Source: Nautiliaceae bacterium
Lineage (GTDB): Bacteria > Campylobacterota > Campylobacteria > Campylobacterales > Nautiliaceae
NCBI GenBank assembly: GCA_039831155.1
Contig: JBDONT010000043.1
Coordinates: 128,001-192,000, forward strand
Direction of reading: 5' to 3'
DNA: 64,000 bases
Shown here: one piece after another, positions 1 through 9,232 of the stretch
Layout: the number at the start of each line of letters is the position of its first letter
How positions within the stretch are numbered: the stretch's first letter is position 1
Made by a program: the position numbers and the translations under genes
Notes under the pieces: generated by a model
What the model was told of the DNA's origin: nothing
Database searches by the model: none
The model's input: the letters and a program-made list of their open reading frames with translations, nothing else

Positions 1-655
1 TGTGGAATACAACAATTACGCGTATTATAAAGAAAACGGCGGCTATAAACCTTTGGAGCTTGACGATTTGCATCCGGTAGATTTGAATGAATTTGAAAAC
101 AGCGACAAATATTCGTGGTCAAGGGCTCCGAGATACAAAGGAAACGTGGTTGAAGTTGGACCGGCGGCGATTGTTATCAATACTTATTTAAGCGGAAAAA
201 ACGAAAAACTAAACGCACTTGTGGATGAGGTCAATGAGAAGCTGGGCATAACGATCAAAGATTACAATACCGTTATGGGAAGACACCTTGCAAGAGCGAT
301 AGTCAGCAGGCTTATAATAGACAAATTAATCGACGACGCTTTAAAAGTGGACGAGGGTGTTTTAGGGTTTACTCAGTTGAAACAGCCGCCTTCAAACGTA
401 AAAGGAGTAGGGCTTACCGAAGCTACAAGGGGAGCGCTTGCCCATTTTATAGACATAGGCGATAACGGGTTTATAAGAAATTACGAAATGGTCGTACCTA
501 CGACATGGAATATTTCCCCTAAAGACAACAGGGATATCCCGGGGGCGCTTGAGAGTATGCTTATAGGTACGCATATCAAAGATGAAAAAAATCCTATAGA
601 AATCGCAAGAATAATAAGAAGCACCGACCCGTGTCTTGCGTGTGCGGTGCATTAA
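1..655 (+). CDS. [NiFe]-hydrogenase large subunit, C-terminal part (5' truncated by window)
   Basis: YSWSRAPRY-VEVGP, EATRGALAH and VVPTTWN motifs; L2 motif DPCLACAVH followed directly by the stop codon. Confidence 0.95.
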   Translation, partial: VEYNNYAYYKENGGYKPLELDDLHPVDLNEFENSDKYSWSRAPRYKGNVVEVGPAAIVINTYLSGKNEKLNALVDEVNEKLGITIKDYNTVMGRHLARAIVSRLIIDKLIDDALKVDEGVLGFTQLKQPPSNVKGVGLTEATRGALAHFIDIGDNGFIRNYEMVVPTTWNISPKDNRDIPGALESMLIGTHIKDEKNPIEIARIIRSTDPCLACAVH

Positions 656-664
656 GGAGCTGGA

Positions 665-1594
665 ATGGACAGAAGGGAATTTTTAAAAACGGCACAAGGT
701 TTGCTGGCAACTGTTTTTGGCAGTTCTTTTATCAGTATCGAAGAGCTTGACGCTATGGAAACGTCCGAAAACAAACCGGATTTGATATGGATTCACGCTA
801 TGAGCTGCGACGGGTGTTCGACAGCGTTTTTAAATGCGGAAGTGCCTTTGGTTGATATTTTAAGCAGGTTTGTGAATATTGTTTTTCATCCGACGATTAT
901 GGCAAGCGACGGAAAACTGAGTATGGAAATACTTAAAAAATACGAAAACAGTGAAAACGAATTGATTTTGGTTGTCGAAGGTGCTATTCCTAGTAAAGAG
1001 ATGCCGCATGTGTGTATGATGGGGGAAGAATTTATAAGGGATACTATCATAAAAGTCGCAAGAAACGCATCGCTTGCGATTGCTGCCGGTACGTGTGCCA
1101 CATTCCTCGGGATATGTGATATGAAAGGCATGCATACGAATGCGGTATCGCTTCATAAATGTTTCGAAGAGGAGGGAATTGAAACGCCTCTTATCAATCT
1201 TCCGACCTGTCCTATGAAGCCGAACCATTTGTTATATACGGTTTTTTATTATATGAAGCACCAAAAACTTCCGCCTCTGGATTTGACGCACAGGCCGCTA
1301 AGGTTTTTCGGTAATACCGTTCATGAAAGATGTATTTACTACAACGATTATCAGGAAAAAATTTTTGCCAAAAAAATAGGAGACAGGGGTTGTCTGTTTA
1401 AACTCGGATGTCAGGGACCGGTTACCAAGTGTGACTGTATTAAAAGCAGTAATGATTACGATAAATACAACTGTATAAAAAGCGGGCATCCGTGTGTGGG
1501 GTGTGCGAGTGAAAACTTCCCTAGAAATATACTCTTTAAACGTTATGACGATGAGAGACCCCTTGTAAAATACAAAGATTTTAAAAGGATATAA
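665..1594 (+). CDS. [NiFe]-hydrogenase small subunit with Tat signal
   Basis: MDRREFLK twin-arginine motif; SCDGC/GTC/PTCP proximal ligands; [12 protein letters not shown] distal ligands; [12 protein letters not shown] medial ligands; GGAG RBS. Confidence 0.95.
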   Translation: MDRREFLKTAQGLLATVFGSSFISIEELDAMETSENKPDLIWIHAMSCDGCSTAFLNAEVPLVDILSRFVNIVFHPTIMASDGKLSMEILKKYENSENELILVVEGAIPSKEMPHVCMMGEEFIRDTIIKVARNASLAIAAGTCATFLGICDMKGMHTNAVSLHKCFEEEGIETPLINLPTCPMKPNHLLYTVFYYMKHQKLPPLDLTHRPLRFFGNTVHERCIYYNDYQEKIFAKKIGDRGCLFKLGCQGPVTKCDCIKSSNDYDKYNCIKSGHPCVGCASENFPRNILFKRYDDERPLVKYKDFKRI

Positions 1595-1596
1595 CT

Positions 1597-3366
1597 ATGA
1601 AAGATTTTATAAAATCCTCGCTTTTTTTTAAACTTATCGTTATTCCTATAGTTTTATTAGGTGCCACGATAGCCGGGATTATGATTTATCTGCAGGCGTA
1701 CGGTAATAAAATTGTAGAAAAAAGTGCTCAAGAATATACTAAAAAAATCTTAAAATCATACATTACGTTTTCGAAAAGTTCTATTGAAAAAGGACAGAGA
1801 TTTTCATTTCAGGAAGTTGTGGACGGAATGAAAACCCTTGAAGGTGTAAAAAACGTTTACAGTTTCAGTGCGGACGGGTTTATGATGTATAAAGACGGAG
1901 AAAAAAGCGTGGGGCTTCCTTTTGTAAGAAAAAACGGAAAATTTTACAATCCGAATATCAAATATTACGATAAAAGCAACGGTCTTTGGATGAGGGACGA
2001 CTGGTTTTATAAATATATTAAAGATTCCATTATAACGGAATGTATGTATAAAAAGCTGCATCCGGGAGATAGGAATTGTGCCAGATGTCATTATATGATT
2101 CCTCAGAATTTAAAATTTAATAATAGAGAGGCTTTTGTAGTAAATAAAAACGAAGTGACGGCTTATTATAAATTACCGGTTGATAATAGTTGTATTAAAT
2201 GTCATACTCATTGGAATATAAACGGAATCGGAGGATATTTAGGTGTAAAAATAGACTTGAGCGGAGAAAAAGCTAAAATAGAGTCTATAATAAATAAACT
2301 CAAATATGCTTTGATGTTTTTATCTGTTATAGGATTGGCTATATTTGTATATTATATTTTTGTTGTGGGTAGGTTAAGAGGTAATTTAATCAAACTTAAA
2401 GATATTACGGCGGATTTAGCCGAAGGCGAAGGGGATTTGACTAAAAGAGTAAATATAAATTCTAAAGACGAAGCGGCTGATATCGCTAATAATTTAAATA
2501 AATTTATAGAAAAAATTCAAGATATTGTAGAACAACTTAAAGCTTCCATACGTTCTTCTTCAAGTACGGCTAATGAAGTTTCCAATGTCGTTCATATTAT
2601 AGAAGATACGTTGAAAACTCAAAAAAAACTTATTGCAAAAAATAGAGAATGTACCGATTTTATAAATCAGGATTTGGCATCTGCGGAAGCAAGTGTTATT
2701 TCTACTGCCGATGATATTACCGAAACACAAAAAGTATTGGATGAAACGGTAGAGACTCTTTTAAAAGTTATTGAAGAAATCAAAAATGAAGCGGAAGCGG
2801 AGTCGGAATTATCGGATAAAGCTACCAATCTTTCTCAAAAAAGTACTCAAATAAAAGAAATATTAAAAATTATTAAAGAAATTGCCGATCAAACTAATTT
2901 GCTTGCTTTAAACGCTGCAATAGAAGCGGCAAGAGCAGGGGAACACGGAAGAGGTTTTGCAGTTGTTGCGGACGAAGTTAGAAAACTTGCCGAAAAAACT
3001 CAACAAAGTTTGAATGAAATAGATAGTGTGGTTAGTTTGATATTGCAAGATATTCAAGAAATTGAAACCAGTATTCAAAAAAATTCTCAAAAAGCTTTAT
3101 CAATTTCCGATATTACAAAGAAACTTGCTTCTAAAACTGATGAGACTAAAAAATCTTTAGACGAAACTATAAAAAGAGCTTATATAGCTACTAAAGAAAC
3201 TACTAAAATAAATGTAAAAGTTAGAGAACTTACCGAAAATGCCGATCAATTAACAAAACAGGCGAATGAAAGTGAAGAAGTGGGGAATAAGCTTAAAATG
3301 GTATTTAGCAATTTAAATAAATTGATTAGTTCTTTAAAAAATGAGACGGATAAGTTTAAAACTTAG
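1597..3366 (+). CDS. Methyl-accepting chemotaxis protein with periplasmic diheme-c (2x CxxCH) sensor domain
   Basis: Two TM helices flank CARCH (2077-2091) and CIKCH (2191-2205); HAMP domain; [35 protein letters not shown] signalling hairpin. Confidence 0.93.
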   Translation: MKDFIKSSLFFKLIVIPIVLLGATIAGIMIYLQAYGNKIVEKSAQEYTKKILKSYITFSKSSIEKGQRFSFQEVVDGMKTLEGVKNVYSFSADGFMMYKDGEKSVGLPFVRKNGKFYNPNIKYYDKSNGLWMRDDWFYKYIKDSIITECMYKKLHPGDRNCARCHYMIPQNLKFNNREAFVVNKNEVTAYYKLPVDNSCIKCHTHWNINGIGGYLGVKIDLSGEKAKIESIINKLKYALMFLSVIGLAIFVYYIFVVGRLRGNLIKLKDITADLAEGEGDLTKRVNINSKDEAADIANNLNKFIEKIQDIVEQLKASIRSSSSTANEVSNVVHIIEDTLKTQKKLIAKNRECTDFINQDLASAEASVISTADDITETQKVLDETVETLLKVIEEIKNEAEAESELSDKATNLSQKSTQIKEILKIIKEIADQTNLLALNAAIEAARAGEHGRGFAVVADEVRKLAEKTQQSLNEIDSVVSLILQDIQEIETSIQKNSQKALSISDITKKLASKTDETKKSLDETIKRAYIATKETTKINVKVRELTENADQLTKQANESEEVGNKLKMVFSNLNKLISSLKNETDKFKT

Positions 3367-4163
3367 TCCTTTTCATTTTTTTTATTAAATCTAATTAAAT
3401 ACATTCCGCTAATATAAATTATCCAGTTTATATAAATCCAAAGGAACAGAAACATTAAAATAGAAATTGATCCGTATAGGCTTTCATAAGTTTTGTTGAT
3501 TAAAGTGTATTTGATAAATACGTTTTTTGAAATAAAAAATATTAGAGTTATAAAAAAAGAAACTGTAATTATAGGAGAGGTTTCTTCTTCCAGGAGAGTT
3601 ATTTTGTAAAATAAAAAAAATATCAGCCATATCATTAAAAAAGGAGCAAAAGTTGCAAGATGTATCCAAGAAGTATAATTCCAGTGATTTAAAATAATTT
3701 GAAATTTAACGGATAAATATGTCGCACTTGCAAAGAGAATGGGAAAAAGAGTGAGTATGGTCCAATATAATTTTATTTTTTCCCATAGGTTTCTTTTTTT
3801 TTGATTAAAAATTTTTGAAACGATGGTTTCATAGTTATCAAAAAACAAAATAGATGTTATTAAAATATAAAATCCTCCTAAGAATCCTGTTTTATCGGAA
3901 TTATTCAAAAAGTTTTTTAAATATTCGGATATTATTTGAGCGTTACTAGGAAGTAGATTGGAACTGATGAAATGTTCCGTTTTTATATAAAATTCCGTAA
4001 AAAAAGGTGTATTGGCGAATATAGTTAAAATGATTAATAATAAAGGAACAATAGAAAAGATTGTGTAAAAGCTAAGTGCCGCTGCATATAAAGTTATATT
4101 ATTTATAGTATCTTTAACTTTAAGAAAGTCTATGTTTTTTATAAATTTTTTAATTCTATTCAC
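3363..4163 (-). CDS. YihY/BrkB family inner membrane protein
   Basis: [15 protein letters not shown]-terminal motif and [16 protein letters not shown]-terminal motif. Confidence 0.85.
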   Translation of the reverse strand: MNRIKKFIKNIDFLKVKDTINNITLYAAALSFYTIFSIVPLLLIILTIFANTPFFTEFYIKTEHFISSNLLPSNAQIISEYLKNFLNNSDKTGFLGGFYILITSILFFDNYETIVSKIFNQKKRNLWEKIKLYWTILTLFPILFASATYLSVKFQIILNHWNYTSWIHLATFAPFLMIWLIFFLFYKITLLEEETSPIITVSFFITLIFFISKNVFIKYTLINKTYESLYGSISILMFLFLWIYINWIIYISGMYLIRFNKKNEKD

Positions 4164-6087
4164 TCTCTAACATCTCCTTTTTCTCTTCAAGCTCAAGATA
4201 TCTTTCTACTTTTTCTTCGTATATTTTTTTTATCTCTTCAAGCTCTTCGCTTAACGTTACAAGTCCTTTTTCCTGGTAACAATTAGGATTTGCAAGACAC
4301 TCTTCGATTTCTAAGATTGTATTTTCAAGTTCTTCAATCAGTTTTGGCAACTCTTCAAGTTCTCTTTGTTCTTTGTAGCTTAATTTTTTCTGTTTTTTCT
4401 TCGGTTTTTCTTTTTTTGTTTCCACTTTTGTAACTTCTTTTTCAAGAAGTTTTAGCTCTTTTTCTATTTCAAGATATTCAGTATAAGGAATATGGCTCTC
4501 TTCTATAATTCCGTCACCTTTAAAAATAAAGAGTTTTTTTGCGACTTTATCTACAAAATATCTATCGTGACTTACAAAAATTACGCTTCCCTCAAAATCA
4601 ATTAAATACTCTTCTAAGATATTAATAGTAGGGATATCAAGGTCGTTTGTAGGTTCGTCTAAGATTAATACGTCAAAATCTTTTGTAAATAAAAGTGCAA
4701 GGGCTACTCTTGTTTTTTCTCCTCCACTTAAAACACCTATTTTTTTGGTTAAATATTCAGGTGGGAAAAGAAACTCTCTTAAATATCCGTATACGTGCAT
4801 ATTTCTGCCTCTTACGTTTACGTGGTCACCACCTTGAGGACAAAATGTTTCAATTAAGTCTTTATCATCACTAAGCATAGATTTTCTCTGGTCAAGATAT
4901 CCTATTTTTATATTTTCTCCTACTTTGATAATTCCACCGTCTGCTTTTTCTTCTCCTATTAAAAGTTTAAGAAGGGTAGATTTTCCGGCTCCGTTTTTTC
5001 CGACTATTGCGATTTTGTCTTTTTGTAAGATTCTTGTGGTAAAGTCTTTTATTAAAAGTTTGTTTCCAATTGATTTAGAGATATTTTCGATTTCAAACAT
5101 TACCTTTTTTTTATTGATTTTCTCTTCTTCTTTTGCGAGAAGTTCGCGTTTTAACTGCATTTCTATTTTTCTAATTTCGCTTCTGTCTTGTTTTACTTTT
5201 TCTCTAAGCTCAAGCACTCTTTTTTTTCTACCTTCATTTCTTTTTAGTCTTGCTTTAACTCCACGCCTTAGCCACTCTTCTTCTCTTTTTAAAAGCCTAA
5301 GTTCGTTTTCGTATTCTTTTTCTTTAGCTTTTAGAAGTTCTTCTTTTTGACGGATATAATCGGCATATCCTCCTTTAAAACTTCTTAATTTGCAGTTTTC
5401 AAGTTCAATAACTCTTGTTGCAATTCTATCTATAAAGTATCTATCGTGGCTTACTACTAAAAACGTAAACTTCTCTTTTAAAAGTATTTCTTCTAAAAAT
5501 TCAGTCATATACACATCAAGATGGTTTGTAGGCTCATCAAGAAGCAAAACGTCTGGTTTTTGCAAGAGTAAACTTGCAAGTGCCACTCTTCTTTGTTCTC
5601 CACCACTAAGAAGAGATATATCTTTGTTTTCGTATTTTTTTAAATCAAACTCTTGTAAAACCCTCTCAATTCTGTCATCAAGGTTCCACGCGTTATGAAA
5701 ATCGAGAAATTTTGTAATTTTGTCTATTTCGTTTTGTAAAGTTTTATTATTCGGATTTTGACTAAACTCTTGAGTTAATTTAAGATACTTTTCATAAGAT
5801 TCTTTAAATTCTGTAAGTTCATTTTCAATAGCTTCTCTTACGCTTATCCCTTCTTTAAATTTCGGTTGTTGTAAGAGTCGTTTTATTTTTATTCCGTTTT
5901 TTGTAATGACTTCACCTTTATCGGGTTCTATTGTTTTATCTATTATTTTCATTAAAGTAGATTTTCCACTTCCGTTTTTCCCAATAAGAGCGACCCTTTC
6001 TCCTTCGTCTAAGTGAAATTCCACATCGCAAAGTATTTTTTGAGCTTCAAAGTTTTTGCTTACGTCTATTAAGTCGATTAATGCCAT
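4156..6087 (-). CDS. ABC-F family ATPase (Uup-like)
   Basis: Two ABC domains (GKNGSGKST, LSGGE, DEPTN), no TM segments, C-terminal KLSYKEQRELE coiled coil. Confidence 0.9.
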   Translation of the reverse strand: MALIDLIDVSKNFEAQKILCDVEFHLDEGERVALIGKNGSGKSTLMKIIDKTIEPDKGEVITKNGIKIKRLLQQPKFKEGISVREAIENELTEFKESYEKYLKLTQEFSQNPNNKTLQNEIDKITKFLDFHNAWNLDDRIERVLQEFDLKKYENKDISLLSGGEQRRVALASLLLQKPDVLLLDEPTNHLDVYMTEFLEEILLKEKFTFLVVSHDRYFIDRIATRVIELENCKLRSFKGGYADYIRQKEELLKAKEKEYENELRLLKREEEWLRRGVKARLKRNEGRKKRVLELREKVKQDRSEIRKIEMQLKRELLAKEEEKINKKKVMFEIENISKSIGNKLLIKDFTTRILQKDKIAIVGKNGAGKSTLLKLLIGEEKADGGIIKVGENIKIGYLDQRKSMLSDDKDLIETFCPQGGDHVNVRGRNMHVYGYLREFLFPPEYLTKKIGVLSGGEKTRVALALLFTKDFDVLILDEPTNDLDIPTINILEEYLIDFEGSVIFVSHDRYFVDKVAKKLFIFKGDGIIEESHIPYTEYLEIEKELKLLEKEVTKVETKKEKPKKKQKKLSYKEQRELEELPKLIEELENTILEIEECLANPNCYQEKGLVTLSEELEEIKKIYEEKVERYLELEEKKEMLESE

Positions 6088-6845
6088 TTATATCCTTTAA
6101 AATAGTTTTTTGTATAAGTTATATCGGTGTTTATTTGAGATTTTAGTTCTTTTAGGTCTTTGAATTTCTTATTCTCCCTTAAAAAGTCTAAAAACTCTAT
6201 TTTTATTAATTCGTCTTCTTCAAAAGAGTCTAAAATATGAGTTTCTATTGAAAAGTTGTTATCGGTTGAACGTTTGCCGATGAAAGTTAATGAAGGGTGG
6301 GAATTTGTTTTGGTTATATAAACTCCTGCTTTGGGTAAGGAGTAGTTTTTTAAAAGGTCTATATTTATAGTGGGTACTAATTCTTTGCTGCCAAGACCTT
6401 GACCTTTTATTTTTAAGCCTTTTATTTTGTAGGTATGTCCTAAGAATTTTGTCGCTTTTTTTATGTTTCCTTCTTTTATAAACTCTCTTATAACTCTTGA
6501 GTGAACTCCTATATTATCAATTTTTATCTCTTTTATAACATTAACCTTAAAGTATTTTTTTAAAAGGTTTATATCTCCTTTTCTCTCTTTTCCGAATTTA
6601 AAATCTTCTCCTATAACGATTTGTGTAGTGTTTAGTTTTTTTAATATATTAATAAATTCGTTAGCATTTAGGTGTTTAATCTCTTTTAGATTAAAAAACT
6701 TACAAGGTAAAGTCGTGTATTCGCATCTGTCAAGCCCCGGTGTTAAATTTGAGTTTTTTTCTATAACGATTATAAATTCGGCTCTTTTTATAAGCTCCTG
6801 ATGAGCTATATGCATTCCGTCAAATCCACCTATGGTAATTATCAT
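6078..6845 (-). CDS. ribF: Bifunctional riboflavin kinase/FAD synthetase
   Basis: IGGFDGMHIAH, GEDFKFG, PTIN, ETHILD and FLREN motifs. Confidence 0.9.
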   Translation of the reverse strand: MIITIGGFDGMHIAHQELIKRAEFIIVIEKNSNLTPGLDRCEYTTLPCKFFNLKEIKHLNANEFINILKKLNTTQIVIGEDFKFGKERKGDINLLKKYFKVNVIKEIKIDNIGVHSRVIREFIKEGNIKKATKFLGHTYKIKGLKIKGQGLGSKELVPTINIDLLKNYSLPKAGVYITKTNSHPSLTFIGKRSTDNNFSIETHILDSFEEDELIKIEFLDFLRENKKFKDLKELKSQINTDITYTKNYFKGYKWH

Positions 6846-6871
6846 ATTCTAAATTCTTTTTTTATCGAATT

Positions 6872-8671
6872 TTATCTAAAATTTAATTCTTTAAAATATT
6901 CAATAATATTTTTTGCGTCTTTTTCGTTTAAAATTTCTTTTAACTCTTCAAAAGACGCTTTTTTTATATTCTCAAACGTACCGAAGTAGTTTAGTAGTTT
7001 TGTCATTTTTGCTTTTCCTATACCTTTTATTTTTAGAAGCTCTATTTCTTTATCTTTTTTTATTTTGATTTTTCTATGAAAACTAATAGCAAATCTATGA
7101 GCTTCATCTCTTAACATTTGCAAAAACTGAAGCCTTTTATCGTTTTCGCTAAGCTCCATTTTTCCTTCTTCAAAAAATATTTTATCTTTTGCTTTTCCTT
7201 TTGCCCGGTTGGCTTTTGTATTTATTTTTTCTTTTGAAATTGCTAAAATATCTACATTTACACCGGTTGAGTTTATTATCTCTTTTGCTATATTAAATTG
7301 CCCAGCCCCTCCGTCAATTAGCCAAAGTTCAGGTGGAGGGTCTTTATCAAAAGATTTTGCTCTTCTTGTTAGAAGTTCTCTCATTTGAGAATATTCATCT
7401 TTTCCTTGAAGATGGTGATGTCTATACTCTTCTTTTTTAAATTTTCCATTCTCCCATACAATCATTGCTCCAACTATTGCTTCTCCTTGCATGTGAGAAG
7501 TATCGAAAATTTCGATTTTATAAGGGATGTTTTGTAGATTAAATAGTTTTTTAAGTTCTATTAAGATAGTGTTTTCTTTTTGGTTTTTAATAATCTCAAG
7601 GGCGTTTATTTTTGCTAAGTTTATTAAATTTTTTCTCTCTTTTGTGGTTGGTGTTAGTATTGATATTTTTTTGTTAAATTTAGTGCTTAAAACTTTACTT
7701 AGCCACTCTCTCTCTTCAAAATCATCCCCTACTAAAATTTTAGATGAGGTAAAAGGAGTTTCGTTAGAATAAAATTCTAAAATAGCCCTTGTATAAATTT
7801 CGCCTTTTTCAGGAGTTGTTTGAGAATTTATTATATTGTGAGAACTTGCTACTACTTTTCCGTTTCTTACAAAAATTCTAATAACTACTGCTTTTTTATC
7901 AAAAATTTCTACTACAAATATATCTAAATCTTCAAGTTTTGCTAAATCTACGTTTGAGTAGATTTGTGCGTTTTCTATGGCTTTTATTCTATCTCTAATT
8001 TCTGCTGCTTCTTCAAATTGTAAATTTTCGGCATATTTTTCCATTTTTTTATAAAGAATTTCTAAGAGCTTTTCTTTATTTTCGATAAGTTCTATAGCTT
8101 TATTTACTATTTGTTTATATTCACTTTTAGTTATTTTTCTTTCACAAGGGGCAAGACATCTTTTCATTTGATAATAAAGACAAGCTTTTTTTCCTCTAAG
8201 ACACGATTTACTCTGAACTAAAGGAATCTCTTCATAAATTGTTTTTAAAATAGCGTTTGCTCCACTGCTAAAGGGTCCGAAATATTTTATATTTTTTCCT
8301 TTTACTACTTTTCTTGTAATTTGAGGCATTGGAAAGTCTTCTGATAAGTTTATGTAAATATACGGATAGGTTTTATCGTCTCTTAAGAGAATGTTATATT
8401 TTGGTTTTAGCTGTTTTATAAGTGAATTTTCTAAAATAAGAGCGTCGTTTTCACTCTCTACTACTATGTAATTTAGGTCTTTTGCTTCGGTTATCATTTT
8501 GTAAATTCTTGGGGATAGGTTTTGGGCTGGACGAAAAGGATTAAATCTAAAATAACTTTTTACTCTTTTTTTTAAACTTTTAGCTTTTCCTATATAAAGA
8601 AGTTTTCCGTTTTTATCAAAGTATTGATAAACTCCCGGTTTATCCGGCAGGTTTTTTATTTTTTCTATCAA
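6872..8671 (-). CDS. uvrC: Excinuclease ABC subunit C
   Basis: GIY-YIG domain (PGVY..LYIGKAKSL), PKYNILLRDDK, RDEAHRFAI, C-terminal HhH. Confidence 0.97.
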   Translation of the reverse strand: MIEKIKNLPDKPGVYQYFDKNGKLLYIGKAKSLKKRVKSYFRFNPFRPAQNLSPRIYKMITEAKDLNYIVVESENDALILENSLIKQLKPKYNILLRDDKTYPYIYINLSEDFPMPQITRKVVKGKNIKYFGPFSSGANAILKTIYEEIPLVQSKSCLRGKKACLYYQMKRCLAPCERKITKSEYKQIVNKAIELIENKEKLLEILYKKMEKYAENLQFEEAAEIRDRIKAIENAQIYSNVDLAKLEDLDIFVVEIFDKKAVVIRIFVRNGKVVASSHNIINSQTTPEKGEIYTRAILEFYSNETPFTSSKILVGDDFEEREWLSKVLSTKFNKKISILTPTTKERKNLINLAKINALEIIKNQKENTILIELKKLFNLQNIPYKIEIFDTSHMQGEAIVGAMIVWENGKFKKEEYRHHHLQGKDEYSQMRELLTRRAKSFDKDPPPELWLIDGGAGQFNIAKEIINSTGVNVDILAISKEKINTKANRAKGKAKDKIFFEEGKMELSENDKRLQFLQMLRDEAHRFAISFHRKIKIKKDKEIELLKIKGIGKAKMTKLLNYFGTFENIKKASFEELKEILNEKDAKNIIEYFKELNFR

Positions 8672-9087
8672 AGTTCTCCTTTTAAGATTTTTTTTATTTT
8701 TTCAAAATGTGCTCTTATTTTAGGGTTTTTTGCCTTTATTTCAAAATCTTTGGCTTCTTTTAAATAAAATTTAATCTCTTTTTGAGGTTTTGGTTTGTAT
8801 TTATAATTGGTAATAATTTTTTTTGGAGTTATTTCTTTGCACATATTTGCAGAGTGCATAGTGTTTATTATTGAAAAGATAAGGTTTTTATTGTAAAAAA
8901 GTTCTTGCTTTATTGCCGGATGAGAGACGTTTATTATTAAAAATTCCCCTTTTAAATGTGCTGAAATTATATATTTATTGTATTTTTGAGGCAGTAATGC
9001 TATAATTTTTTTTAAACAACGCTCTTGTTGTAATTTATCCTTATAAGGACTTAGTAAATGTTCGATTATTGTGTTCGCTTTTTTCAT
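8668..9087 (-). CDS. Hypothetical protein, DUF721/DciA-like
   Basis: LIINVSHPAIKQELFY resembles the DUF721 core; overlaps the uvrC start. Confidence 0.5.
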   Translation of the reverse strand: MKKANTIIEHLLSPYKDKLQQERCLKKIIALLPQKYNKYIISAHLKGEFLIINVSHPAIKQELFYNKNLIFSIINTMHSANMCKEITPKKIITNYKYKPKPQKEIKFYLKEAKDFEIKAKNPKIRAHFEKIKKILKGEL

Positions 9088-9225
9088 ATTGTAATTATAT
9101 CTATTTTTTTAGCCGGTTGTGGATATAAAGCAGACCCCGTATGGCCGGGAAAAGACAACAATAAAACAATAAACAAGAGTGATTTGAAAATAATAGACAT
9201 CAACTCTACGTTGGAGATTAGATAG
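9058..9225 (+). CDS. Small lipoprotein (55 aa; not in ORF track; start uncertain)
   Basis: Manual translation MFDYCVRFFHIVIISIFLAGCGYKADPVWPGK...LEIR*; hydrophobic stretch plus LAGC lipobox; ends just before the nadB RBS. Confidence 0.65.
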   Translation: MFDYCVRFFHIVIISIFLAGCGYKADPVWPGKDNNKTINKSDLKIIDINSTLEIR

Positions 9226-9232
9226 GAGTGAA

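Noticed and set aside
625-655. Possible selenocysteine (NiFeSe) hydrogenase
   Set aside because: Both L2 cysteines are TGT codons and the stop is TAA; no in-frame TGA
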